A stretch of DNA of 64,000 bases from Lytechinus pictus (lineage: Eukaryota). The stretch is from the NCBI RefSeq assembly GCF_037042905.1, contig NC_087263.1, forward strand, positions 14,200,001 through 14,264,000, given 5' to 3'. Of this stretch, positions 26,962 to 39,624 are shown one piece after another. The notes beneath the pieces are model-generated. The model was not told the DNA's origin, searched no databases, and worked only from the letters and a program-made list of their open reading frames with translations. A program made the translations under genes and the position numbers. Each line of letters opens with the position of its first letter. Position 1 is the first letter of the stretch.

Positions 26962-27754
26962 TTAATTCAGGGAAAATCCTGTGAAATAATGGTCTTTTCT
27001 TAAACCATATTTACAGAAATAGTTTTCAATCATGGGCAGTTTTAATATTCAGTTTTCTAAATTTGGGGGGTTAAATTTTCCGGCTACCCTTCCAAAAGCC
27101 TGTGATGGGGCTTGGGGTAAAACAAATCTCACCCACTTCCCTCCTTGAAGGGGGAGGGGTTGGTATCTCTAAGAATCTGGAACATGCATATACTGCATGT
27201 GTGGTTGACTTGACTGCAGGGAGAGGGGGAGGGGCGGAATCCAGTATTTTCACCAAAGAGCAAATTGATGTTTAACTATATAAATGTTGTGACATCTCGG
27301 TAGGATCACTGTTCACATAGTCAATCAGACGACTAACTAATAATGACATTGCAGACGGCTTCTTTACATGATAACACAGTTCACTTGTATTCTGTTCTCC
27401 TGTGTAATATAACATCCTACGTGTGTGTGTGTGTATTTGAGTTTTGTCAGACGTGTACGTATCAATAAGATATGATTATCTACGTCTGGGACCGACCTTT
27501 AACATCACCATCCGAAAGACGTGACCAGGGCTCGAACCTCTGCATCAATTTGTATCTTCCTCACAAAGCTTCGATTACAGGCCCATATGCCACAACGCCC
27601 AGTTGTCGCGTGACACTATTCTTGCTAGTCTAATTCCCAGACCCTACAAATGTAAGGGATCATTACAAAAGATTCATAATTCACTCTGTCAACCTTCTTC
27701 TGGCATATTGCTTCAAACTGTTATATTCTCTGTGTATTATCGTCAGGACAGTAG

Positions 27755-27849
27755 CAGAGCTGCCAAGTAGTACGATTTTTCCGTATTTAGTACGTTTTTG
27801 CAACCAAAATATGGCAGTACGTTTTTTCTTTAAAAAATATGTTTTTTGT

Positions 27850-27884
<35 letters not shown>

Positions 27885-28392
27885 ACATTTATTGACAAAA
27901 ATCATCTCTATATGTCTCTATTTCATAAAACGTACACAAATATGGTTATTAGATCAATGTAATTTCAGGTAACTTGTTTTTTTTTTCAATCATTTTGTAA
28001 AAACCAGGGTGAGATATACACAAGTTTCAATGTTTTTTTTTTCATCTGCAAGAGCATTGCACATTTGATTTGATTTGATTTGATTTGATTTATTTATTTC
28101 CGTTTTACAATTGTACATAATATGATGAACATAACATAGCAAGGTCAAAAATACTACCAGACAAAATATAATTTATATAACATATTCATAAATTTAAGTT
28201 TTAATTTTAGCTTGCATGCAGCTTGAGCGCCGTGATGGGCGAGTGCGCCAAGCATTTTATAATGAAATACACTTTTTTTGGGAAAAATACAAAATATTTA
28301 TCTCACACGGTAAAAATACTGATTTTTTTGTCAAAATACTGATTTTGGGGGATAAGAATACTGAAAATGCAAAATACAACTTTGCAGCTCTG
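27755..28392. mobile_element. MITE with CAGAGCTGC termini and 6-bp target duplication
   Basis: CAGTAG|cagagctgccaagt ... actttgcagctctg|CAGTAG; contains an antisense (atttg)n LINE-type tail at ~28063. Confidence 0.7.
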
Positions 28393-29504
28393 CAGTAGCA
28401 CAGATTGATGGGGTACTCGCTGAATCTGTACTCGATGGCCAGCCATACTTTGTTAAGAAGACGCAAAGAAGTTTGTTGACATCCATAAGACTTATTTAAA
28501 AAAAAAAGATTTAAAAATTGTCAGAGGCGGATTCAGGTGAGGGTGCAAGGAACACTTTCTTCCCCTCTGTAAATTGAGAATCATCCAATGAACATACATA
28601 TTGATATACATGTAGCTACATATGCAAATATTGTCCTGTGCATGACATTTTTCAAAATTGTGGATCCACCATTGTTCATAGATGTTTATTTTTCATTTTC
28701 TCCTTTTTAAGATGATTTTTTCCCTCGGGAGGGAATTTTCCTTTTATAAATAAATGTGAATGGCAGGACTGTTTGTTCTTTGCTCGCTCTTGTCGCATTT
28801 GGAATGTCAATCCTTTTGTTATGGTGAAATGAAATAGACTTTGGTTTATTCATTATCATTTTTTCATCTTGTACACGCAAACCAGCTACATGCAACTATA
28901 CATGTAGATAACAGATAACTTGCTTGGGGCCCGTTGCATAAAAGTTACCATTATGTTAACTGCCATCCATTGGTAACCTCCATGGAATCCTTGATTCTGG
29001 TTGTCTGTTTATCATCGTTACCATGGTAGTTACCAAAGGATGGCAAAAGTTACCATAATGCTAACTTTTATGCAACGGGGCTCTGGTTTGTTAAAGTGTT
29101 GTACATATTTTGCTACTTTAGGGAAAGGGCAAGGCTTCAAGGCAGGGGGGGAGGGTGTTTCAAGGGAGTTTGCCACGATTCCACTGACTAATTTGTTCTG
29201 AGCCAATCAGATGCAAGGATTTTAGTAGCCTGTAACAGTTTTCAGTGAAAATCGCAATTTGTTATATGAAGTGCACCCGTGGTGTATGCTAGTCTGCAGG
29301 ATCAGACCCTGATTGAAACTCTGATCTACAAGTGGGTCTTCACACAAGACCAGCACAAATACAACTTGTCGTTTCAATTTGTGAATGAGATTGACCTGTG
29401 CACAAGTCACGACCAGGGTCTTTACGCTGTATATATATTCAGACCAGTGGCGTACCTGGGATTTTTCACAGGGGGGGCAAAACCGTCCGCCAAAAAATTT
29501 GACA

Positions 29505-29538
<34 letters not shown>

Positions 29539-29959
29539 TCTTCAATCACAAATGAAGGATTTTGTACCAGAAAAAAATTTGACAAGCAAAAAAAAAAAAT
29601 AAAAAAATAAAAAATAAAAAAAAAGGTCTTCAAGCTCGTCAGGGGGGGCAGGTATATGACTTTTGTATGGGATGTGGCTCGTCAGGGGGGGCAGAGTGCC
29701 CCCCCTGCCCCCCCCCCGTAGGTACGCTAGTGATTCAGACCATTTTCCTTGTGCGAAGGGTTTGCACAGCAAACTAGATGTGCTTAACAAATTGACAATG
29801 CACACATGTTTGATTAGAGGCAGAATAAATATCAAAGGGTCATGTCATTGAAGTGTCCATGTTGTTTTGTTTTAATTATATATTGCATTTTATCTCTGAG
29901 TAAAATTTGAAGTAGGGCACAATTGTAACCCTATAGTCATACATGTACATTGTTTTCTT

Positions 29960-30172
29960 GGTGACATGACATATGCTCCTGCGACAATTGCTCCGGTCCC
30001 AATATCTCGGAAGGCATAGGGTTAGAATTAGGACTTTATTAGATTTTTTGGTTCAGAATAATGTAAATATGAGTATTAGGGTATATTTAGTTTTGGAGGC
30101 TAGATTTTATGTTTGGCTTAACACGCAGATTTTCCATCGGAGCAATTGTCGCCAGAGGAAATGTCATGGAAC
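29960..30172. mobile_element. MITE with internal tagggtt motifs (related copy ~22990-23160)
   Basis: atgacatatgctcctgcgacaattgctcc ... ggagcaattgtcgccagaggaaatgtcat inverted ends. Confidence 0.6.
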
Positions 30173-30464
30173 TGTTTACTGTTTTCGGCATGGTGGGTGT
30201 GTTCATACCCTCCTGATCACAGAAAATACCTGTTATTCTCTTATCAGGGATTCTCCCCAGTTCAGGAAAAAAAATAGTGATTATTTTGCCAATGTGATAG
30301 CAAATTGCTTGTGATGTCCTGAAAAGGAAATTCCCACAAGTTACGAGGTATTTTGAAAGAATATGAGAACTTTGGCAGGAATTTCTCTGGGTGTGCAGGG
30401 TATTAGTGAAAGCAACTTATGAATGGGAGACTTTTGTTGCTGGTTCCTAACTATGATTATGATA

Positions 30465-30750
30465 ATTATACTTGCTTATATAGCACTTAACACTTACTTT
30501 GATCAGACGTCTCTAAGCGCTCTACAGTAATGTAGCATAATTACCCGGCTTTAGCAGAGCAGCTGTTATGCGCACTGCATTTCAAGGAAAAATTTCCTGC
30601 CAGGTACCCATTTACCTCACCATGGTTGAGTGCAGCACGTTGCGGATTATTTTCTTGCTGAAGGAAACTATGCCATATTGGCTGGGATTTGAACCCACGA
30701 CCCTCTGTTTCAAAGTCTGGAGACTAATCCACTGGGCTACAACGCTCCAC
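30465..30750 (-). mobile_element. tRNA-derived SINE
   Basis: Head (reverse complement) ggagcgttgtagcccagtggattagtc...gggttcaaatcccagcc; core ccaggtacccatttacc. Confidence 0.8.
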
Positions 30751-31579
30751 AATTAAGAGAACTTAACCAGGTTAAGGTGTGTTTAAAAAATGCATGATTT
30801 TTTTTCACAAGAATTTCTCCAAGGTCTAAATTGATAACCTTAGATACATGTAGGAGGCCAAAAAGTGTATCCTTTGTATGGGATCTACTAGAATCTTGTT
30901 TCTGGCTCATAACTACAAGAAATTAATGTGGTTTTGGTGAGAGTTAAATGACTCTCAGTTACTCTTCTTGGTAGAGGGAGAGAGATAGAGAGCAAAATTG
31001 ATGGAGAAAGAACAAAAGAAGAATAAGTTTTAAAGAGACGGGAGGGGGGCGGGGGGGGGGGGGGGTTAAAATAGAGAGGGGAGATGAAGGAGGGGGGGGT
31101 AAAGGACATACAGGAAAAGAGTGAGAAAGGGGGATACAATTAAGAGACATGGAGAGAAATTAATGAGTGTAGGGAGTTGCATGGAAAAGGGGAGTGGCAA
31201 TCAAAAAGTAATCATCCCACTGAAAATAAACAGTAAGGGTGTGTGTGTGTGTGTGTGTGTGCAAGATTCAGTGACAGTGGTAGGCCTCATTAAGAGTTCT
31301 ACAATGCAGAGCAGCTCTCTTTGACATTACTTCTTTATGTTTCTTTCTCCGATCAACTCCCTTAACCCCCCCCCCCTCTCGCTTCATGGGAAATCATACA
31401 CGCTTAAAAATGAAGTGTTGAATCGAGCCCTTTTAAAAGTGCTGAAATACGAAAACGCCACTTTAACAGTTTTAATGGTAGAAAAATGGTTACAAGATGT
31501 CACGTACGGTAAAAAGTGTTGATTTAACTCTATAGCAATAGTGCTGAATTAACTAATTTAAAAGTGTTAGGTCACAATG

Positions 31580-31711
31580 TAATTTGATTGGTCCACGCCT
31601 CGCTTGACGTCATCGATCATAGCGTCATCACGCACCCAAGATCCCAACTTTACGACCATGGAATGACTTCAACTTTGAATCCAGACCAATCGTACAGAAA
31701 ACTGGTAAGTG
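31580..31711 (+). promoter_or_regulatory. Putative internal promoter / first non-coding exon of the EnSpm-like element
   Basis: Reverse CCAAT (gattgg), CRE-type tgacgtca and cgtca sites ~200 bp inside the left TIR, followed by a consensus donor ctg|gtaagt. Confidence 0.3.
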
Positions 31712-33565
31712 AAAATTACATCCTTTAAAAATTTACTTCACTGTTACTTAAAGACAATTTCAATTCGAAGATTGGTAATATATTTGGGCAAAATAAGTCA
31801 CAAATCTATTGTTCAATTCATCTTCACGCCGGCTACTGTTCGTCACTGCACACAACAATTATCTTCATTTGCACGTACATGTGTATCTATTAAAGTTAGA
31901 CTGTTCGACTAGCAACGTTCATATCTAAGTTAGATTCGAAATGACTCATTTTTAAGGTGAAAACTTTGGCCTATTTTGTACAAGATCCAGCCTCAATGTA
32001 AAGTAGATTTTTAATTTTTATTTCTGTGACCTTAATTCAAAGAACACAGCCCTAAAGTAGACTATTATTTTCTTAAAAATTGGTGACCGCACGGTACAAC
32101 TGAACTAGCGAGGTTACACGCACGCAGCATGCCAATGCAGACGTGACGCACGCATGGTGATAAATCTCGTGCGACGGCCGGGCGGGTGGGTGGGCTGCAC
32201 GTAGCTCAGCGCGCAGCCCACCGCGTGGTGACCCGTTTCACCAACGTTGACATTGTCGTTGATTTCATTTTCAGTGAAATTTACGATCATTTTGAGTGAC
32301 AATTCAAGTTTGACTTTTCTGCCATATCTAATTCAAAACATTTATTTTATGATGTTCTTAGGAAATAGATCTGGGAAATTTTTTTGGTCTAGATCTAGAC
32401 AGTAGTAGACTAACCCCCAAATAATCATTAATAACCCGTTTCAAAGCCTCTCTCAAGCTGTCTTCTGTCTAGGTTCTCCAAAAAGGGAAGAAATAAGTAT
32501 TTTTCGTCACGTTTACAACCCCGTTCGTTTCTGCATAGATCTAACTAGTTACACTTTTCAGGACTTTCTTTCTCACGTTGATATCGATCCCAGTTAAATG
32601 AAGTTGGCGATCAATTAGTGTCTTATGATTCTTATAGTGTTAATTCTGAGTGTTAGATCTATACCATTACGGTATAGATCTATTGGTGTTATAAAAATTG
32701 ATCGCTAATTTCATGTAACTCTGATCGCGATTATTGCGAGCAAGAACTGAATAGCACAATGCGTCTCAATGACCCCTACCTGCCCAATCTGATCTCCACA
32801 CCCTCCATTTCAGCAAAATGATTAAGTGCATATTTCATCAAATTCATATTTAGGCCACCATATATACAGTATTTTACAAGAGAACTTTAATTTGGTTGCC
32901 ATCTTCAATTATTTGTTGACTCAAATGGAGTAAAACTTGTGCAACGCTTATACGTTGCTAAATGACGACACGCGAGCAAGCAAGAAGAAAAATTGAAATA
33001 GACGGTATTTCAGCATAGTTTACCCTAGGATTACCGAATACCATTATAATCATTTTGTTGATCACCTATCACGTTCAATTTTCTTGTTGGGTGAAAAATT
33101 ATTGGGGGGGGGGGGGGGGTAAGCGGTTGAATGAGCTGATGGGGGGGAGTAAGAGGCCAAGCGAGGTGATTATAGTGAGGGAGGGGGATTCACAGAAGCT
33201 GATGAACTTTTTACCTTTTTCTCTTTTTTTTTTGGGGGGGGGTGGTTGTAACCCCCTCAACCCCCCAGATCCACTGCTGTTAAGTATTATAAAATTTTGC
33301 ATAATTGCAATCATATATGACTGTAAAAATTTAATAATTTTCCGAAGTAGAAATGGCAATGATAATGCAAAAAGATGAATTGTCTTGTATGTATTACTTG
33401 TCACAGGAATGGAGATATGAGCAAGTTGTGTGATGGGACGTCATAAGTCAGCAGCTGCACGCCGTTTTGCAAGGAAGAGAAAAGCAAGGCAACAATCTAG
33501 TGCCAAGGGTAAACTTCAACATCAGAGGGTGGTGAAAGGTAATGACCTCCCTTCTCCAGATCAGG

Positions 33566-34022
33566 TGATAACATCAGAAAAATATGAGTGAAGGTTTGGA
33601 GAAAATCGCCCAAAAAATTATGAAGTTACGAATATTCAAAGTTTTGATTCTGTGACGTCACATGCGAGCAGATCTCCTATGTGTTATGTAGTGTAAATTT
33701 CATAAAATGTCATTTTTTTCAAAAGAAATTAATTATGTCACCTGTGCGGTCGATATACCATCAAACATATGTTCATATACATGACTATATCAAATTGACC
33801 CATTCCTTTATCAAGAACCATGAAAAAAAGACAAATTTATGGAATTTACATACACATCCAATGGGAGAGCTTCTCGCACGTGACGTCACACAATCAAAAC
33901 TTCAAATATTCATAACTTCGCTATTTTTGGGTCGATTTTCTTCAAACTTTCACTAATGTTTTTTTATTATTTTTCTTCATTTTTTAAGACCAATAAAATT
34001 CCAGGGTGAACTTCCCCTTTAA
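33566..34022. mobile_element. Truncated Kolobok-like MITE (right end only)
   Basis: Internal inverted arms; ends gggtgaacttcccct|ttaa like the complete family members. Confidence 0.6.
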
Positions 34023-34439
34023 TGCATGTTCACTGTAAGACCTCCACATGCTGAGTCCAAGCTCACTTCTAGGAGTTACAGGTTAAGATAAAATATGTCA
34101 TATATGAAACTTCAGTGATATTCCACTTGATGGACTTCTTTGCAAGTGGTCAAGACACACTTGTTGGATCAAATATAATATGAATATGTATATGAAGATT
34201 ATGAGAGTCCATGTAGTGGAGAGTTGTGATAATACAAAAAGACGATATGATATACCAGAGATACATTTTACTCCTACTTTTATTTTCTACAAACAGCTAG
34301 AACCGATTTTTTGTGAGGTACCACCTCACTTCCTCAGGGTATATATATCTGCTTTAGACAAATAATTCAAATAAAAACTTCCTAATGAAAGATGGGGCTT
34401 TGTCAAGTGATTTGATAGAAATCAGAACAGGGTAGTCCA

Positions 34440-36335
34440 AAAAATGGGTGGTAACAGTTCTACAATCCTGGCGTCTCTTGTTAAGGAATATGGGTGGTTG
34501 AGTAGCCATGAATTCCTACTTTAATTATTCTGTCCCATTTTATCTATTTCCTGTTGTCTGTCAGATACTCCTTCCATTTTCGTTCTCTATTCACGATCCT
34601 GGTGCTACTTGACTTGAGAATGGGTGGTTACAGTAGTACGACCCTGGCGTCTCTTGTTGAGGAAGATGGGTGGTTGAGTAGCCATGAATTCCTACTTTAA
34701 TTATTCTGTCACATTTTATCTATTTTCTGTTGTCTGTCAGATACTCCTTCCAATTTCGTTCTCTATTCACGATCCTGGTGCTACTTGACTTGAGAATGGG
34801 TGGTTACAGTAGTACGATCCTGGCGTCTCTTGTTGAGGAAGATGGGTGGTTGAGTAGCCATGAATTCCTACTTTAATTATTCTGTCACATTTTATCTATT
34901 TTCTGTTGTCTGTCAGATACTCCTTCCAATTTCATTCTCTATTCACGAGCCTGGTGCTACTTGAGAATGGGTGGTTACAGTAGTACGATCCTGGCGTCTC
35001 TTGTTGAGGAAGATGGGTGGTTGAGTAGCCATGAATTCCTACTCTGATTCTTCTGTCCCATTTTATCTATTTCCTGTTGTCTGTCAGATACTCCTACCAA
35101 TTTCGTTCTCTATTCACGATCCTGGTGCTACTTGACCTGAGAATGGGTGGTTACAGTAGTACGATCCTGGCGTCTCTTGTTGAGGAAGATGGGTGGTTGA
35201 GTAGCCATGAATTCCTACTTTAATTATTCTGTCACATTTTATCTATTTTCTATTGTCTGTCAGATACTCCTTCCAATTTCGTTCTCTATTCACGATCCTG
35301 GTGCTACTTGACTTGAGAATGGGTGGTTACAGTAGTACGATCCTGGCGTCTCTTGTTGAGGAAGATGGGTGCATTGAGTAGCCATGAATTCCTACTTTAA
35401 TTATTCTGTCCCATTTTATCTATTTCCTGTCCCATTTTATCTATTTCCTGTTGTCTGTCAGATACTCCTTCCATTTTCGTTCTCTATTCACGATCCTGGT
35501 GCTACTTGACTTGAGAATGGGTGGTTACAGTAGTACGATCCTGGCGTCTCTTGTTGAGGAAGATGGGTGGTTGAGTAGCCATGAATTCCTACTTTAATTA
35601 TTCTGTCACATTTTATCTATTTTCTGTTGTCTGTCAGATACTCCTTCCAATTTCATTCTCTATTCACGAGCCTGGTGCTACTTGAGAATGGGTGGTTACA
35701 GTAGTACGATCCTGGCGTCTCTTGTTGAGGAAGATGGGTGGTTGAGTAGCCATGAATTCCTACTCTGATTCTTCTGTCCCATTTTATCTATTTCCTGTTG
35801 TCTGTCAGATACTCCTACCAATTTCGTTCTCTATTCACGATCCTGGTGCTACTTGACCTGAGAATGGGTGGTTACAGTAGTACGATCCTGGCGTCTCTTG
35901 TTGAGGAAGATGGGTGGTTGAGTAGCCATGAATTCCTACTTTAATTATTCTGTCACATTTTATCTATTTTCTGTTGTCTGTCAGATACTCCTTCCAATTT
36001 CGTTCTCTATTCACGATCCTGGTGCTACTTGACTTGAGAATGGGTGGTTACAGTAGTACGATCCTGGCGTCTCTTGTTGAGGAAGATGGGTGGTTGAGTA
36101 GCCATGAATTCCTACTCTGATTCTTCTGTCACATTTTATCTATTTCCTGTTGTCTGTCAGATACTCCTACCAATTTCGTACTCTATTCACGATCCCGGTG
36201 CTACTTGACTTGAGAATGGGTGGTTACAGTAGTACGATCCTGGCGTCTCTTGTTGAGGAAGATGGGTGGTTGAGTAGCCATGAATTCCTAGTTTAATTTT
36301 TCTGCTACAGTTTTATTAATGTTTGTCGTCTGTCA
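34440..36335. repeat. 176-bp tandem satellite (~10.7 copies) inside the EnSpm-like element
   Basis: Unit gagaatgggtggttacagtagtacgatcctggcgtc...ggtgctacttgactt; starts at 34621, 34797 etc.; variant units recur at ~720-bp spacing. Confidence 0.95.
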
Positions 36336-36482
36336 CAAAATGCCCCTTTATCTTGAGATTTGTTTTTGTCAATATTTTTCTATGATCTTGGTACATGTAT
36401 CTTCAGTGGTTCTCAACGTAGTTGTTAAATGACCAAAATCAATTCCATCCTTACATTCTCCTTTCTTTCTGTTTTCTTTGAG

Positions 36483-39234
36483 GATATTTGGTATGATGAA
36501 ACTGATTCAGCTCGTGGATATTTGAGCTCGAAGCTTAACACCATGCGGAGGTCTCTACCTCGTGAACAACAGCGAAGGCCAAGGACAGGAAAATATTCAG
36601 GGCTGCAGGTGAAAGCTTTCAAGAAAGAACTGAAGCGCACATTTCAACAAATGGAAGAGGTGACCTCAGAAGAGGAGGATGAAATTGTCAACTTCTGCAA
36701 AAGGGCAACTGCAGAGAGCAGTGCAGAGGTCCTGGAGGGCATGGGCAGGACGTTCCAAAACAGACGAAATTGGATCTCTGAGAAATTGCCGAAAGTCACT
36801 GACATCCTTGAGCGATACCCAAGATTTCGAGATACACCGACAGTTGTAAGTAGTACATGTAACAATGCTCCATGTAGGAATTAACTAATAATTAAAAGGG
36901 GACTTTAATCATAAAATACAATTTGATATTTTATAAATGGAGTCTGTTTGATGCGAGATATAAATATCCCACGTTTTCATTTTACTTCTGTTAGCTTACA
37001 GAAGCATCTGAAATCTCAAATTGGACCCTCCCCGAGCTCTTAAAGTGGAAGGCAACTCAGACATTCACATGCTTTCAGTGAATAGAGAAGGCACCAGTAA
37101 AAATTTGAACAAAATAGGACAATACGTTTTCGAGTTATGGATTTTCGAAGTTTTCGTAAATACTTATTATGGACATCTTCAAGTTGGCAACTCCGCCAGA
37201 ATCTGTGATGTCATTGTGGACAACTCCCCATTGGTAATGTACATATATTTTCACAAAATTTCATTTTTACAAACTGTTAGGGGGGGCAATAATATTCATT
37301 CTTTCAGAAATGATGTAGAAATAATTTAGCAATGACATCTGTGTACATGATTTATTTGGAAGTACTGTACAAAGTACTGTTAAAAGAGATGATTTTATCA
37401 ACCATATTTATATGTATGCATGTTTATTGAAGATACAGCAAGAATTCAAGCTGTTGTTACCAGAGGCCACTGCCAAACTTATCAGCAAGTGGGAGACAAG
37501 ATTTGTGGAGAGCATCCTACACATTTGCAAAATGTCCAGGCTGCCGAAGATACAAGCATTGATGAAGGACTTGTATCATCCATCTTCTGAGTTAGGTGAC
37601 CAGTATGAACCTTCTGAGGGTAAGAAAATGTGTCCTTCAGTTTGATAGATAAATATTGTGCTTGAATAGGCATTTTTAGTTATACAGAGCAGGATCGATA
37701 AACAAACTCCTGTAACATTCAGAAAGTTTGGCACACAATATAAAGAAACGGGGAAAAAAAATTACGATAATTTGAAGGAGGATTTTCCAATAAAAGAAAA
37801 ATATGACCTGACCGATCAGAGTGCAACAAACTGCATGCCCGAAATCCCTGGGCACTCATAAGTCTGTGTCAGGCATGGAGGTATCATATCAAGAACTTGC
37901 ATGCCAGTTTGGTACACAGAATAAATTAGTGTTTAGCATGTTTAGCAGGTCAAATAACTTTGTCCAAGTTTGAAATGTCCTTAAAATCACAACATCTAAA
38001 TTTCATTTTCCTCCCAGCTGAATTTATTGGCTTAACTCATTGTCATGTGGAGGTGGAGGCTGTGATTTTGATAAGCTTTGATAAACTTTTCTTATTATAT
38101 CATCAATAACTCCAACTACACCATTTCTTTTGTTCAAAATCATTGTTTATGCTTCAAAAATGAGTTACTACTTCTACTTATATCTTATCCAAATTTTTAT
38201 CTTCTGTTTATTGTACTTATTAGGAGAGTAATCACTCTATGCATTCATGGGGGCTGTGTACCTACTTCCATCTAACGCTGCAAAGAGGACGTCCTTGGCA
38301 GATGCAGTGCAGTACTTCCTGGTTACAAGACCGGTATGTTTGCTATGTGCATGAAGTCTAATTTCAATCTTTTGAAAGGAGTAAAATTATTACATTCATT
38401 CTTTAATGTGGGATGAATTTAATGAAATTGTTACGATATTCATTAGTGGTTTTTCCATTATTTTTTAATTAAAATTTCTGAAAAACATCCAATGCAGTTC
38501 TCAAAAGATCCAGTTCTTAGTTACCCCCACTAGGACAACTACCCCTGACAATTATCCCCAACTATCAAATGTCCTGGGGGTAGTTGTCCAGTGGGTAATT
38601 GTCCGGGGGGGGGGTAGTTGTCCTATTCAGTATTACTTAAATTCAGATTGTGCTTTGACAAACGTTTTCAATTTATAGAAAAACAACAGAATAATTGTGG
38701 TTTGGTTTATTCTACAAAAGGCTCATTTCAAATGGGTAACATACAAATTGACCAAAGCTGTTATTGAAATCTTAATATGTTGTCTTACAATTGTTTTCAC
38801 TTTTGTCCCCCAAATGATGTAAAAGTATTTATTTGAGCCTATAATTGGTAAAGGCTTGCAAATACTAAATTTTTGTCCATTGTTACTCTCCTACAGCTTG
38901 GCACCAGCGTAGAAGCTTTCATCAAAGAGCAGCGAAAGGATGCAAAGTGAAGCGAAGCCAGCCATACCTGCTGGGGCTAGGGACTCGTCGCCTGCCAGTG
39001 CAGTACTTTGTCGTCATCGATGAGCAAGCAATCCCCTGCCCTGGAGATATCACTTCATCGGTGGATGTTCTTTTCAAGCTGCACTACGTGTTCAACATTC
39101 ATTACGCAACTGAACTGCAAGCATTCTATAAGTTTCTGGAACACTTTGTGTATGAAGTTGGCCATCCAAGGGATGTTATCCCAGCACGGGCCAAGGAGTT
39201 GATGTCGAGTATCACTGCTATTAGCAGCAAGTAA
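36483..39234 (+). pseudogene. Spliced SAMD3-like (EnSpm-associated accessory protein) gene, disrupted
   Basis: Exons 36483-36845, 37433-37619, 38224-38333, 38897-39234 are phase-consistent. Motifs GYLSSKLNTMRR, MGRTFQNRRNWI, YPRFRDTPTVIQQEF, YLLP, QPYLLGLG...YFVVID, VDVLFKLHYVFNIHY...FYKFLEHFVY. Lesions: in-frame TAA at 38229-38231, 1-nt frameshift near 38945, and an atypical GAG acceptor at 36482. Confidence 0.8.
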
Positions 39235-39624
39235 TATGTTATGAGAAGCTGGCCGTCACGGTTATAGGCGTCACTACAATTATAGTCTGAAGGCTTCTGA
39301 TCAAACTATAGTAGAGGTGGGCTATAGAAGTTGACCTCTTCTAGACACACTCATCACACCTTAGTTTGATGAGTTTAAGTGTACTGACACATTGGAAGAA
39401 TTTTTTTTTTTTTAATTTAGAATCCAGGGTGCCCCGTCCAAAAACGTGAAAAATCCAAGATGGTCGCCATTTTAGCCTTGAAAATGCACTTTTGCCATAT
39501 CTTTGTCTTTTATAAATATTTGTTCATGATTTGGGTGTCTATAACTTTAGGTTTTATAGGTCAAGGAATCAGACTAGACTGTTAACATTTAAAAATACCA
39601 AATTTATCTATGCATGCTATTTAA

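Noticed and set aside
30680..30750. tRNA-like sequences (also ~23895-23960, ~25010-25079)
   Set aside because: SINE heads: degenerate, and always attached to the same core and tail.
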